A stretch of DNA of 64,000 nucleotides from Dehalococcoidia bacterium (GTDB lineage Bacteria; Chloroflexota; Dehalococcoidia; UBA6926): positions 1,455,725 to 1,519,724 of the forward strand of contig OZ242191.1 of the NCBI GenBank assembly GCA_965205915.1. The letters run 5' to 3'. Positions within the stretch are counted from its first letter, which is position 1, and each line of letters opens with the position of its first letter. The position numbers and the translations under genes are program-made. This document shows positions 51,981-62,635 of this stretch, piece by piece. The notes below the pieces were generated by a model. It worked only from the letters and a program-made list of their open reading frames with translations, was not told the origin of the DNA and made no database searches.

Positions 51981-53717
51981 GTGCAAAACAACGAACACAT
52001 ACGCTACGAACCCGGTGAGCACAGCCCTCCGGCGGTGACGCTTGGCGTCGCCCTGCAGGGAATTATCCTCATCCTCGCCAACTCCATACCCATCGTCACC
52101 ATCGTCGCCATTGCCGCCGACGATGAAGTCGTCTACCTGGCCTGGGCCGTCACGGCTGCCGTCACGATCAGCGCAATCATGACCGCGCTCCAGTCCGCTC
52201 GGATATGGCGCATCGGCGCAGGCCACATGCTCCTCGTCGGCCCCGGCGCCCCGTTCGTCGCCGTATGCATACTCACTGTGCAAGAAGCCGGCCTTGCCAC
52301 GATGGCCACCCTGACCGTTATATCCGCCATTGTTCCCATAGCGATGGCCGCGTGGCTCTATAAGCTGCGCCGCGTCATCACCCCAACCGTATCCGGCGCG
52401 GCGTTCATGATGCTCGCCGTCGCCGCCATGCCGATCGCCGTTGATGAGATTGAGCACGTGCAGGGAGGGCATTCGGGGGTGGAGGGACTTGGAATGGCGG
52501 GGGCAACGCTTGCCGTCGCAGCGTTGCTCAGCCTGCGCGCGTCAGGAATCTGGCGATTGGCCGCGTTGCCGGTGGCCGTCGCCGCCGGGCTCATCGTCGC
52601 GGCGCTAACGGGGAACTTTGACGTGCGCCAGATCATAGACGCGCCGTGGTTCGCGCCCCCGCAATTCTCCGGCTGGCCCGGTTTCGCACCGATCTTCTCC
52701 GGCAACACGCTGCTGCTCCTTGTAGTCTTTCTGGTTGTCAGCGTCATCGTCGCGCTCAAGACGGGGAACGACGGCACGGTCATTCAACGCGCCTCCAGCC
52801 GCACGCCGAAAGCGACCGACTTCCGGCGTGTGCAGGGCGCGCTGAACGCTGACGGCGTGGGCGTATTCCTCTCCGGAGTGACGGGAACCCCGCCTGCGAC
52901 GATCTATCTCCCGGACAGCGTGTCGCTCATTGGGTTCACCGGCGTCGCCGCGCGCGATGTCGCCTGGGTCATTGGCGTCATCCTTGCCGTCTTTGCCTTG
53001 CTTCCAAAGGCCGTTGCACTATTGATTGCAATACCGGCCCCCATCACCGGCGCGTTGCTTCTCGTCGTCCTCGGCCTCCTGTTTGTTGAGGGCATACGCA
53101 CCGTCATCCAGGATGGGCTGGATCAGCGGAAGACCATCATCATCGCCGTATCGTTCTCGTTATCCGTCGGCGTCCATGGCCACGGCATCATCTCCGGGGT
53201 CTTTGGCGGATCGGAACACGTCGCCCTCACCAATAGTGTGATCATCGGCGTGGCGGCCGCCATCCTGATGACGATATACGTCGACCTGACGAGCGGTCGC
53301 CGCCGCCGTGTGCAGACCGAACTGGCGCGCGGGGCCATGCCGCAGATCGACGAATTCCTGGGAGATATTGCCGAACGCTCCAAATGGGACGATGAATCAC
53401 GCCATCGCCTCCTCGCCGCCGGCGAAGAGACATTGCTCAGCATGTTGCAGTTGCGCGACGAATACGCCGAATACGACATTGCCCCGCGCCTTGTTATCGT
53501 CGCGCGGCCTGATCGCACGGAGATCGAGATGGAGTTCATCGCGTACTTCGGAGAGGGCAATATCGAGGACAGGCTCACGCTCATGAGCGATCAGGCGCGG
53601 GAGCCGGACATCGATGAGCTGTCTTTCAGGCTCCTCCGCCACTACGCCTCATCTGTCCGACACCGCAAATACTACGGGCTGGACATCGTCAACGTCCACG
53701 TCATCCGGCGCCACTAA
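51981..53717 (+). CDS. NCS2 (xanthine/uracil) permease-like protein with C-terminal soluble domain resembling RsbW/HATPase folds
   Basis: YEPGEH.P, LQ...IGAG, ITPTVSG, ADG, TGVAAR; ~140-aa tail with AGEETLL and RLLRHYASSVRH. Confidence 0.8.
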   Translation: MQNNEHIRYEPGEHSPPAVTLGVALQGIILILANSIPIVTIVAIAADDEVVYLAWAVTAAVTISAIMTALQSARIWRIGAGHMLLVGPGAPFVAVCILTVQEAGLATMATLTVISAIVPIAMAAWLYKLRRVITPTVSGAAFMMLAVAAMPIAVDEIEHVQGGHSGVEGLGMAGATLAVAALLSLRASGIWRLAALPVAVAAGLIVAALTGNFDVRQIIDAPWFAPPQFSGWPGFAPIFSGNTLLLLVVFLVVSVIVALKTGNDGTVIQRASSRTPKATDFRRVQGALNADGVGVFLSGVTGTPPATIYLPDSVSLIGFTGVAARDVAWVIGVILAVFALLPKAVALLIAIPAPITGALLLVVLGLLFVEGIRTVIQDGLDQRKTIIIAVSFSLSVGVHGHGIISGVFGGSEHVALTNSVIIGVAAAILMTIYVDLTSGRRRRVQTELARGAMPQIDEFLGDIAERSKWDDESRHRLLAAGEETLLSMLQLRDEYAEYDIAPRLVIVARPDRTEIEMEFIAYFGEGNIEDRLTLMSDQAREPDIDELSFRLLRHYASSVRHRKYYGLDIVNVHVIRRH

Positions 53718-53731
53718 CGGCTGCCAATGAA

Positions 53732-54604
53732 TCAGGCCGCCGCAGGCCGTTCCGATGAGTCGCTTCGGATTGCCAAATAGACGCCAAGCAACAGCAGCCC
53801 GCCGCCGGGCACGGCCGTCCACGGCGGAATCTCGCCCAGCACCGGAATCGCGACCAGCGTCGCCAGCACGGGCTCCGCACGCACGGCGAGTGAGACGTTG
53901 ACTGCGGGCCAATATCCCAATGCCCAATTCATCAGCGAATGCCCGATGACCTGCGGAACAAGCGCCGCCATCGCCATCCAGAAATACGACTCCGCCGGCA
54001 GCCCAAGCATCTGCTGCCCGCTTCCGATCGCTCCCACCAGCAGCGCCGCCGCCGCCACGGCGTAAACGATGGTGATGTAGGGCAGGGTCGGGATGCTTGC
54101 CCGCGCGCGTCTCCCCAGAAGCATGTAACCGCCGACCGCAATCGCCCCGCCCAGCGCCAAAGCGTCCCCATAAAGCCGACGATCCCCCTCCACCCAATCG
54201 CCCGCCGCGATGATGATCCCGCCCGTCAGGCTCACCACAACGGCCAGCGTCGTCAGCCATCGCAGCCGATCACTCAGGTAGACATGACCCACGACAGCCA
54301 CGAAAACGGGCGTCGTCGTTACCAGCAAAACCGAACTCGCGACCGAAGTATGCGAAAGCGATGTAATCCACAGCGCGAAGTGCGCCGCAAGAAAGAGGCC
54401 GGACAAGCCCAACAGCGGCAAATCCGACCGTTGAACGCTGCGAAACTGCCCCCACGCTGCGGAAGACGCCACGCCCACCACGACGGCAGCAATAGCCATC
54501 CGATACGCCGCCACCGTCAAAGGCGGCGCGTCCGCCAACCGAATAAAGATAGCCGCCAACGACATGCTCAGCACGCCGATACCAACGCCAAGATAGAGCT
54601 TCAC
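53732..54604 (-). CDS. EamA/DMT transporter
   Basis: 10 TM; HF..W..SL..TSVA, VIGHSL.NWAL, EPV. Confidence 0.92.
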   Translation of the reverse strand: MKLYLGVGIGVLSMSLAAIFIRLADAPPLTVAAYRMAIAAVVVGVASSAAWGQFRSVQRSDLPLLGLSGLFLAAHFALWITSLSHTSVASSVLLVTTTPVFVAVVGHVYLSDRLRWLTTLAVVVSLTGGIIIAAGDWVEGDRRLYGDALALGGAIAVGGYMLLGRRARASIPTLPYITIVYAVAAAALLVGAIGSGQQMLGLPAESYFWMAMAALVPQVIGHSLMNWALGYWPAVNVSLAVRAEPVLATLVAIPVLGEIPPWTAVPGGGLLLLGVYLAIRSDSSERPAAA

Positions 54605-54839
54605 ACAGAGAGGATACCCGCCTGCGTGAGAGGCGTCGCGCGGTCCTCAAACATTGCTGCCTGAACACCGTCGTAGTTTCCAGATAGTTGACATAGTAAT
54701 GGGAAAACGTATACTCGCCTGCATTGGCGGTCAATATACCCATACCCGGAGGCTGATCGATGGACGAGGAACCCGGGAGGGAAAGCAGAGGTTCTCCCAA
54801 CCAGGCGGCGGAGCAAAGCCGAGCGACAACGCTCGGCGC

Positions 54840-57092
54840 ATGTTCCCCTACAGATTTCTGGCGATAGCCGGTCTGCTGGTCATGCTCTTGGGCGGGGTCT
54901 ATACGGCGGCGGGTCAAGACAACGCCGAGTCGGGTACACGCTATATCACCATCTCAGTATCCGGACCATCACTTTTAGTTGTCGGCGGACTTGGAGCCTA
55001 CTCCATCAGCACGAACGCAGCCGGCGACGGCTACAGCTGGGTGGTCAGAACGTCCTCTTCGGCCCTTTCGGACAGTTACCGCTGTACAGGATCGGGTTCG
55101 TGGACAGGGTCTCCCTCGAGGGTGACGGCGTACGCGTGCAGGCCGGGCTACGCGTCGGTGACTGCCAAGCTCTACTTTACCGACGTGGATTCCGGCACCA
55201 TTCAGTTGATTGATTCCGATTCGCAGCGCGTAAGGATTCTGAACCCTACAGCAACGCCGATGCACACGGCAACGCCCACGCCCACGCCGACGTGGACCCC
55301 GACACCGACGCCTGTACCTCCGCCGCCCCCGCCACCGCCGCCACCACCACCACCGCCGCCACCACCACCGCCAATTGCCACACCTGAAACTGTGACCGAT
55401 GTCGAGTTCCGCAGGGCCGCCCCGGATCATCTGCCATTCGCGATCTGGTTGCTCTGGACGCACATCCCCAACACGCGTACCTATGTAGTTGAGCGGAGTG
55501 TCACTTCCCCGAACGACTCATGGGATGTTGTAAGTGCAGTCACTGCTCCTGACAGGTCTGAATCAGTACGCTCCACCTTCTCGAACAACTATCTTGCGGA
55601 GTGTGGGGTGAACAACAAGTTCAGGGTGGCTGTGGCTGAAAACGAGACGGGCGTCATCCGAGAAGAGGATAGAGAGTTCTCCGATGATATCAGCGTTAAT
55701 CTGCCCTGTACGGCCCCTGGGCCAAGACACGTAGAGGCAAGCAATTCAACAAGGACGAGCTTCTCGCTCAGTTGGATCCCTGTGCCGGATGCCAGCGCGT
55801 ACAAGGTGGAGCGCAGGCGTGCCTCTTCAACGTATTGGGAGTCTGCGCACAGTGGCATCAGCGAGATTAGCAGTCCGCCATACACGACCACCGGTCTGGA
55901 CTGCGAAACGGACTACTACTTCCGCGTCCGCGCCCGTGGGGATGGCGACCCGTACACGCTCCCCTTTGGTGAACCCTTTGTGGAGGAGGGCCCTGAGGAT
56001 ACGGATGACTGTGGGACGAATCCACCGCCTCCACCGACCAACACACCGACGCCTACTGCAACCCTTACGCCCAGACCACCTGTGCTAACGGGCCTGCATG
56101 ACCGAGCCTCGGCCATAGACATTGATGTCCTTAGGACTGGGGAAAAGATAGGGAAGATATACCTCGAATGGAGCGATGCTGCGGGTATTGGAATCACCTA
56201 TGAGGTGGAGCATTGGGCCAAGAGGTTTCCGCTGCTTCCACTTTACGACTGGCATCGGCTTCCTCACGGGGACATAAAGATTGTGTTCAACCGTGGCCCC
56301 GGCATCATCACGGGGGCCGTGATCAGCGGGCTGGACTACGACCATACCTACAAGCACAGAATCAGGGCAAAGCGAGGCAGTCAATACTCCGCGTGGGTGG
56401 AGATTGAGACGAAGGTGCCGCTTCCCAACCTGGGGCATGCAGGGGATCACACGGTAAAGTACCGGCTTGGCGCGATTCCGACGCCCAGGCCCGGCGCTAC
56501 GCCGTCAACCGATCCAGGAATCGTCATTCCAACGGCCATTGCCCACGCCGTCACCAAATGGAACGAGGCGGTCGCCACGCCCTCGCCCCACGTGCTCTTC
56601 TGCGAGGGGAGTGGCTGCACGATAAATGGCGTGGACAGGAATACCGACGGCAGGTCGATCGTCATTAACACAGAGATTGGAAGTCATTACGATGGCATCG
56701 CACACGTGAAGCCGCCATTTTCTGATGCAGTCGGCCACATAAACGCCCCGACAATGGTCATCGAGCAACCGGCACGCCAGCCCCATTATGAATTTCCCGG
56801 CTATACCCTGACGCTCGTCTGGGTCAACGATCCCGATTTGCATGGTGAAGACGTTCCCCTGAAGAGACTCCACAAATACTACTACTTGCCGACGACGGTG
56901 ATGCACGAGTTTGGCCACGCCGCGGGCCTGGAAGACCTGTATCTGCTTGAGTGCGGTCTACTCGGCTGCGGCTACGGCGACTACATCATGGGTAGGGCCG
57001 AGAAGCCGACAGCAATTCCGAACGAGGATCGGGACTACCTCCGGGACGTATATTACAACCATACGCCGCATCCGGTTTCGTCAGGGCAGTGA
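54840..57092 (+). CDS. Secreted FN3-repeat protein with Pro-rich linkers and C-terminal zinc metallopeptidase motif
   Basis: Signal peptide; LSW...YKVE...GLDCETDYYFRVRA; HEFGHAAGLED and downstream YIM Met-turn. Confidence 0.82.
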   Translation: MFPYRFLAIAGLLVMLLGGVYTAAGQDNAESGTRYITISVSGPSLLVVGGLGAYSISTNAAGDGYSWVVRTSSSALSDSYRCTGSGSWTGSPSRVTAYACRPGYASVTAKLYFTDVDSGTIQLIDSDSQRVRILNPTATPMHTATPTPTPTWTPTPTPVPPPPPPPPPPPPPPPPPPPIATPETVTDVEFRRAAPDHLPFAIWLLWTHIPNTRTYVVERSVTSPNDSWDVVSAVTAPDRSESVRSTFSNNYLAECGVNNKFRVAVAENETGVIREEDREFSDDISVNLPCTAPGPRHVEASNSTRTSFSLSWIPVPDASAYKVERRRASSTYWESAHSGISEISSPPYTTTGLDCETDYYFRVRARGDGDPYTLPFGEPFVEEGPEDTDDCGTNPPPPPTNTPTPTATLTPRPPVLTGLHDRASAIDIDVLRTGEKIGKIYLEWSDAAGIGITYEVEHWAKRFPLLPLYDWHRLPHGDIKIVFNRGPGIITGAVISGLDYDHTYKHRIRAKRGSQYSAWVEIETKVPLPNLGHAGDHTVKYRLGAIPTPRPGATPSTDPGIVIPTAIAHAVTKWNEAVATPSPHVLFCEGSGCTINGVDRNTDGRSIVINTEIGSHYDGIAHVKPPFSDAVGHINAPTMVIEQPARQPHYEFPGYTLTLVWVNDPDLHGEDVPLKRLHKYYYLPTTVMHEFGHAAGLEDLYLLECGLLGCGYGDYIMGRAEKPTAIPNEDRDYLRDVYYNHTPHPVSSGQ

Positions 57093-57106
57093 CAGGAGGT
57101 GCAGTG

Positions 57107-58795
57107 ATGTTGGCAATGGTACGCCGAAGACGACGCCTCTACTCCGTTGCTGGAGTCCTCATAGTCCTGGCCGTGGCGTTGGCAGCCGCCGTCCTCTATG
57201 CCGGATCAATGAGTCTGAACGGGAATTCGCCACTGCCGGGCGCGTCTGGAGGCTTGCAGCGAGAGTCTGCTTGGTGGATCCCTCCCCCCGACTTCCCCGA
57301 GACTTCGCTGGAGGAGAGGATAGTGCGGAGTGACGCCATAGCAAGGGTGACTCTGGTAACCGCGGCCCAGGTGGTGGAGGAAATCTCCGGACGGCCCAAC
57401 CAAGGAGACACTTCGTACGCAAACGCCCTGGAGTTCAGGTTCAAGGTACACGAGTACCTGAAGGGGAGCGGTGGAAGCGAGCTTGTGGCGATAGCAGTTG
57501 ACTGGTATGGGCTTCTTGCAACTAGGGCGGAGGCGGGCGCAGGCGCAGAAGACTTCCTGGGAGAGAGGGACACAAGGTGGGACGCCCGGGAGGCGATAGT
57601 GTTCCTGCATGATGACGACCCGTATCTGCCAAGCACCGGGCAAGCGGACAGGTACCTCCTCTGGTCTCTGCGCAACTCCTATGGGCAGGAAAACTACACT
57701 ATAGCCGGCCGGTACTCCAAGGTGTGGCTGCCGGCGGCGTCTGACAGTCTACCAGTACCAGTTGACCAGGCGAGGGCATCCAGCGGGGCTGCGCCCAGCG
57801 GAGGGGCGCAGCGCTTCCTTCTTGAGGAGCCGCCTTCGGGGGGCGGGGCAGTGCTTTCAGGGATGGCGCGGGCCCTGTCGGGTAATCAGGGCGCGTCGCA
57901 GGCCGCCACCATCAACCTGGCGGACATGAAGACAAAGATCGCAGAGCTGGACGCGGAGGTCGGGGAGGGGGACGGCTCGGAGGAGTACCGGGAGTGCGTC
58001 CGGTTCAAGTACGAGTGGGAGAACTGGGTAAGCCTAACCAAGGAAGAACGCGCCGCCCAGGGCGAAGGCGGCTACTACTACGATCGGTACGACCATGCAC
58101 TGGCGTCCGGGCAGGCGGCGGGCAGCGTGTTCCACACCTACGAGCTCTGGCACATCTGGGTGGTTGACTATGGCGAGACCATCCCCAGCAAGTATGCGAG
58201 CATGTTCCAGCTGGACGGGCAGGACGAGAGTCTATTCGTCGTGGAGTACCCTGGCGAGGTGTCCCTGGCACGTCCACTTCCGGCGGGGGAGTACAGGTTC
58301 TACTTCATCAGCATGGAGAAGGGGCTCGTCGTCTGCGACGGACTGCCGGAGGAGGAGCGGACGAGCGAAGAACACTTCGTCACCGTCACCGCTCCCAGTG
58401 GGACTCTTCATGAGGCGTTCTTTGATCCGGTGGGCCTGACAGGTGGAGGCGCTGGCGCGACGGGATCCTCCGGGGCCATCGACCCGGATGAGTTCACCGT
58501 CGGCAGCGACGACTATGAGATTGAGAGCCTCGTGTGGCGGAGCGGGTCCGTCGTCCTGACGCTTGATGACCACGTTTCGCTGTCCGGCTACTCGCTGGAC
58601 TTTATCGAGCTTGACGGGTCTATCGACACTTCGCTGGACTTTGCTGATGCGCTGGTGAATGAGTCTGTTGGGCTGTGGTCTTGGAGCGTTGATTCGCAGC
58701 CGTGGGAGGACGGGGATCTGTTGATGGTGCGGATTCGGGACACGAGCACGGGGCCCACTGTCGTGACACCCACGCCAACGCCAACGCCAAGATAG
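57107..58795 (+). CDS. Membrane-anchored/secreted hypothetical protein
   Basis: AGGAGG RBS, basic + hydrophobic leader, SLEERIVRSDAIARV; ends in PT repeat. Confidence 0.75.
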   Translation: MLAMVRRRRRLYSVAGVLIVLAVALAAAVLYAGSMSLNGNSPLPGASGGLQRESAWWIPPPDFPETSLEERIVRSDAIARVTLVTAAQVVEEISGRPNQGDTSYANALEFRFKVHEYLKGSGGSELVAIAVDWYGLLATRAEAGAGAEDFLGERDTRWDAREAIVFLHDDDPYLPSTGQADRYLLWSLRNSYGQENYTIAGRYSKVWLPAASDSLPVPVDQARASSGAAPSGGAQRFLLEEPPSGGGAVLSGMARALSGNQGASQAATINLADMKTKIAELDAEVGEGDGSEEYRECVRFKYEWENWVSLTKEERAAQGEGGYYYDRYDHALASGQAAGSVFHTYELWHIWVVDYGETIPSKYASMFQLDGQDESLFVVEYPGEVSLARPLPAGEYRFYFISMEKGLVVCDGLPEEERTSEEHFVTVTAPSGTLHEAFFDPVGLTGGGAGATGSSGAIDPDEFTVGSDDYEIESLVWRSGSVVLTLDDHVSLSGYSLDFIELDGSIDTSLDFADALVNESVGLWSWSVDSQPWEDGDLLMVRIRDTSTGPTVVTPTPTPTPR

Positions 58796-58842
58796 AGCCT
58801 CACACAGAGAGGATACGGCGGGCCAGGGATAAAGCCGCTGCT

Positions 58843-59748
58843 TTAGATCCTCTGAACGCCACCCCCGATGAGCCGGTGCGCGTGGACGGCCGTCAACCCC
58901 TCCAAACGACGCCGAGCCTGTTCGCAGGCCCAACCGATGCGTTCAGTGTCCCCGTCGAACAATAAGCCGATGACCGTGCCGCTATGAGCAACGTTCACAC
59001 CTGCCGCCCCGGCATCCGTTGCCAACTGCAACGCAGCCGGAAGTTGTGGCTTGGGCAATACGGATTGATGAGCCACTGAACTCATCGTCGCGCCGCGACC
59101 GATGCGCGCCACGTCACCCGTCGCCAGCCCCTCGGCGATGAGGCTTACCGATTCGGCGAACAGGATCGACTGCGCCCGCAGTTCCGGCGTGTGATCGACC
59201 GCATTGAACGCCTCAGTGTCCACCCCGCCGGAGAACTCCAGCACGAGCACACGAATATCCGGCGGCGCCCCCAATGCGTGCGCCACCCGACCCTCTCGAT
59301 AGTCGAACAACGCGATGCCGGGCAGCATGAGGCCGTCGCTCGGCTCGATTGCAAGAGCGATGTCCACCTGCTCGTCAATGGGCAGGTCTGTCTCAAGCGC
59401 CGCGGCAGTGGCGGCAATCGATGCCACGATGTCCGCCGTGCTACTCGCCATACCCTTCATCCGTGGCATCGAGCTCTCGAGGCGCAGATGGGCGTGAACA
59501 TCCCAGCGCCCCAGGCGTTTGAGCGTCTTCTCCACGGCTTGAATCGCCTTCGGGGCCTCCGGAGGGCCGCAGACGACGGAATCACCATCCCAGAGATTCA
59601 CCTCGGCCCTGGCATAGACATCGATGGGGCACGTAATCATGAGGCGTCTATTGCTCAACATCCCCTGCGCGAGTTCACCGCAGGAGCCGGGCGCGGACGC
59701 GATACCGCGTGCAGATGGCGGGCCGGCTGTGACGTGGTCTGTGTTCAT
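58843..59748 (-). CDS. GHMP kinase, PduX-like L-threonine kinase
   Basis: PGSCGELAQG, KGMASSTAD, IEPSDG, AHSGTVIG. Confidence 0.88.
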   Translation of the reverse strand: MNTDHVTAGPPSARGIASAPGSCGELAQGMLSNRRLMITCPIDVYARAEVNLWDGDSVVCGPPEAPKAIQAVEKTLKRLGRWDVHAHLRLESSMPRMKGMASSTADIVASIAATAAALETDLPIDEQVDIALAIEPSDGLMLPGIALFDYREGRVAHALGAPPDIRVLVLEFSGGVDTEAFNAVDHTPELRAQSILFAESVSLIAEGLATGDVARIGRGATMSSVAHQSVLPKPQLPAALQLATDAGAAGVNVAHSGTVIGLLFDGDTERIGWACEQARRRLEGLTAVHAHRLIGGGVQRI

Positions 59749-60035
59749 GTCGTTTGTCCTTGGGCTTGATGCGTGAGGTTCATGACCGGCTACTTCCGAG
59801 TGAATCCGTGAGCCTGTCGCGCTCAGGGCCGGATTCTCTGTCCGGTAATGCCTCGTGTGGTATACGTCTTTCCCAGTATTCCCCACCGACCAAAATGGCG
59901 AAGAGTGACCGTCATGATAACCGCGTGTAGGCGTCGGTTGCGTCGGACGAGGGGCAGAAAGGACGGTTGAGATGCAACGATCAGGCGGAGACGCGGAGGA
60001 GTAGTCCCCCGAGGAGGCGTGGCAACACGTTCACG

Positions 60036-61329
60036 TCACGATGGAGTCGCTCCGCCGTCATCATTGCACACTGCCTCCGCAGTGGACGCGCGTACCGCCT
60101 CAACAAGCGCATTCAGCTTGGCATCTGCTGACTCAGCCATGCCGACCTCCAACAGACGGGCAAGAAGGCCGTTCATCCCCTTTCGGACGACGTCACTCAG
60201 GAGATTATCGCTGGGATCAAACACGATACCGGGCCGCTCGGGAATGTCATGCGGCCGCGCCGCCTCCAACTCTGCGGCAAGATCAGGCGGAATCGTAGGA
60301 ATGGCTTTGGTGATGATATATCCCTTTGAATCCAGCAGGTGGGGAGGCGTGAGTTTCGGCCAAAGCGCATGCCTGTCCTGCACAGGTATGCCCATGGGGT
60401 CAATCGATGAGCCGGCGTCGAGGAGTCTGTCTATAGCCTCGGAGTTGTGTTCTACACTCATTTTTGTGGATTAACGAGTGCCAGTTCCAAGGGAGTCAGT
60501 CCCTCTGAGTCCTTCGCCTCACGTCCTGCGCCGGTCTCCACCAAAGGGTCAACTGCCAATTCTCTATTCAGATACCCGGCAACATGAAGTGGCGTGTACC
60601 CACGATAGCCTGCCAGGTTGACATCGGCGCCGTGGTCAATAAGAAGCCTCATGCACTCAAGGCGCTGGAAGAATACGGCGCTCGAAAGGGGTGATTCCTC
60701 GATGCCGTCAAGGTGGTCGACCGTCGCTCCGGCATCAAGGAGCGGAGCCATGACTTCCGGGTGGCCGTATGCGGAGGCGACGTGAAGCGGAGTCCGGCCT
60801 CCTTCATTCTTCGAATCGATCACGGCTCCGTGCTGGATCAAAACTTCTGCAACGTCGGCATGGTTGCCTCACGCGGCAAGGTGGAGGGGCGTCGATGAGT
60901 ATTCCTCATCAAGGGCCTTCGGAATGGCTCCCGCGTTCAAGAGTTCCTTAACACTAGCGGCGTGGCCGAGTTTGGCAGCGATATGAAGAGGTGACCGACC
61001 AACAAAATTGAGTTGATCCACCCGCGCCCCCGCCCGGATCAGCTCGACCAGCGTGTCTGCGCGCCCACTCTCCTCAGAATGATGAGCGGGCACTGACCAT
61101 CGTAGTCCCCCAGATTCACGTCGGCTCCCAGCGAAAGCAGCCGCCCGATGACGTCACTATGACCGTTTGCGGCAGCAAACATGAGCGGCGTCTTTCCGTG
61201 GCTGTCAGCAATGTCATAGGACTTTCCCGAGCGATTAGTCTTCGGATATGCAGCCACATCGCCATCCATGGCCGCCCGATGCAGCTTGCCTCGACCCTTC
61301 GGCTTGGGTCGGTCAAAGAAGGACATCAT
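60036..61329 (-). pseudogene. Ankyrin-repeat protein gene broken by several frameshifts and stops
   Basis: GKTPLMFAA, GRSPLHIAA, STPLHLAA, GRTPLHVAS, GYTPLHVA, GLTPLELA across different frames. Confidence 0.85.
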
Positions 61330-62071
61330 CCGCTTGCTGTATGGGTGATCCGAGCACCTGAGCGCATTGAGGACGGCCTGCCCCAGCATCTCCCTGGTAT
61401 CCTATGTCCCCAACCTCGCCCGGCCACATGACAGAAAGCGGAGCAATGTAGCCGTCAGAATCGATGCTGGCCGATACCTCTTCGCGGAGTGTGACCTTGA
61501 TTCCCGTCACCTGTCTTGGATCGTACTCGGGTTTGTACGGAAAACCAGGCTGCCCTTTCCGCCCGAACCTTCCAATTGTGAAAGTGGCTCCATCGTTCGT
61601 TCCCGGTGGGAGACTTCATGCGCCGGCCTCCCGACGATGCCAGGCTCTAACGCGGTGGTTGCCGCGGACCTCTGCAGGGAGCTATCGGGACTCATGCGCC
61701 CCTAATGCGCAACTCTCCGTATGCCAGATCCGCGCCTCCCGACCACGAGTCGTTGAAGTAACGCAACTGTCCCGCCCGGATCCTATCGAGGGCCACAAAA
61801 TTCTACGTGGCAGTCTAACATTACTGGTTATCTTCTACCCCGCGCAGGCCACCAACGCACCGCAATTCGACTGCAGGCGCCCGCATCCCCCACGACCGCC
61901 ATGTGACACCTGTTTGAAGTTATGTAAACTAGGTTACGGTACAAACTCAACTACCGGTACAAAACAGAATCAGCGCCCGGAAAGGGTAGAGGAGGACGCC
62001 ATGCAATCAGCAGCAGGGGACGCTTAGGAACTCTCCCCGAGCAGCAGGGCTGGCAGAACATTCACATCACG

Positions 62072-62635
62072 ATGGAGTCACTACGCGCCTCCATGTATGT
62101 GGCGGGCACCGCGGCGATCCTGCTTGTATGGGGCGCGATCATCTCGGTCGGGTATCTGGCGGAGTACATGCTCGCAACAAACCCGCCCGCGTTCGCCGAG
62201 GGGCGGGAGTGGATCAGGGCCCCGATGTGGGGCGGCCTGGTAATCGTGGGTATGACGGCGAGCGCAATCATCGGCAGCCGCGCCGGACGGCAGACTTTGG
62301 CAGGAGAAGCGGCGCGGGCTGCGGGTATACGCGTCTTCCTCTTCTGGCTCGCCGTGGCCGCCGCCGCGTTCGTCATACCCGCCGCGTCCGGGCTGTGGGA
62401 AGCCGGTGACTCGGAGCGCATTGGCGCTGCCGCCATCGGCATCGCATCGCTCGGCTACATCCTGTTCGGCATCATGCACAGGCCCATCATTGCCGTCATT
62501 GGTGTCGGAATCGCCGCGGCATACTACGTGCCGGCGCTCCTTGCCGGAGATGCCGCGCCGCTCATGTCGGCCGTCTTAACGCTTGGCGTCGTCGCCGTCG
62601 GGTGGGTGCTCATCAGGAGGAGCGGCGTCCTGTGA
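62072..62635 (+). CDS. Membrane protein; probable original start at 62001 disrupted by stop and frameshift
   Basis: About 6 TM; GAGGAGG RBS before ATG 62001, followed by TAG at 62025-62027. Confidence 0.7.
   Translation: MESLRASMYVAGTAAILLVWGAIISVGYLAEYMLATNPPAFAEGREWIRAPMWGGLVIVGMTASAIIGSRAGRQTLAGEAARAAGIRVFLFWLAVAAAAFVIPAASGLWEAGDSERIGAAAIGIASLGYILFGIMHRPIIAVIGVGIAAAYYVPALLAGDAAPLMSAVLTLGVVAVGWVLIRRSGVL

Larger units (their letters stand above)
54572..58816. repeat. 46-bp direct repeat (54572-54617 and 58771-58816; 42/46 identical) bracketing a 4.2-kb island
   Basis: Core CCAACGCCAAGATAGAGC(T/C)TCACACAGAGAGGATAC. Confidence 0.9.

Noticed and set aside
59750..59900. Cobalamin riboswitch
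   Set aside because: B12-box and GCCACTG elements not found; only a generic hairpin is supported
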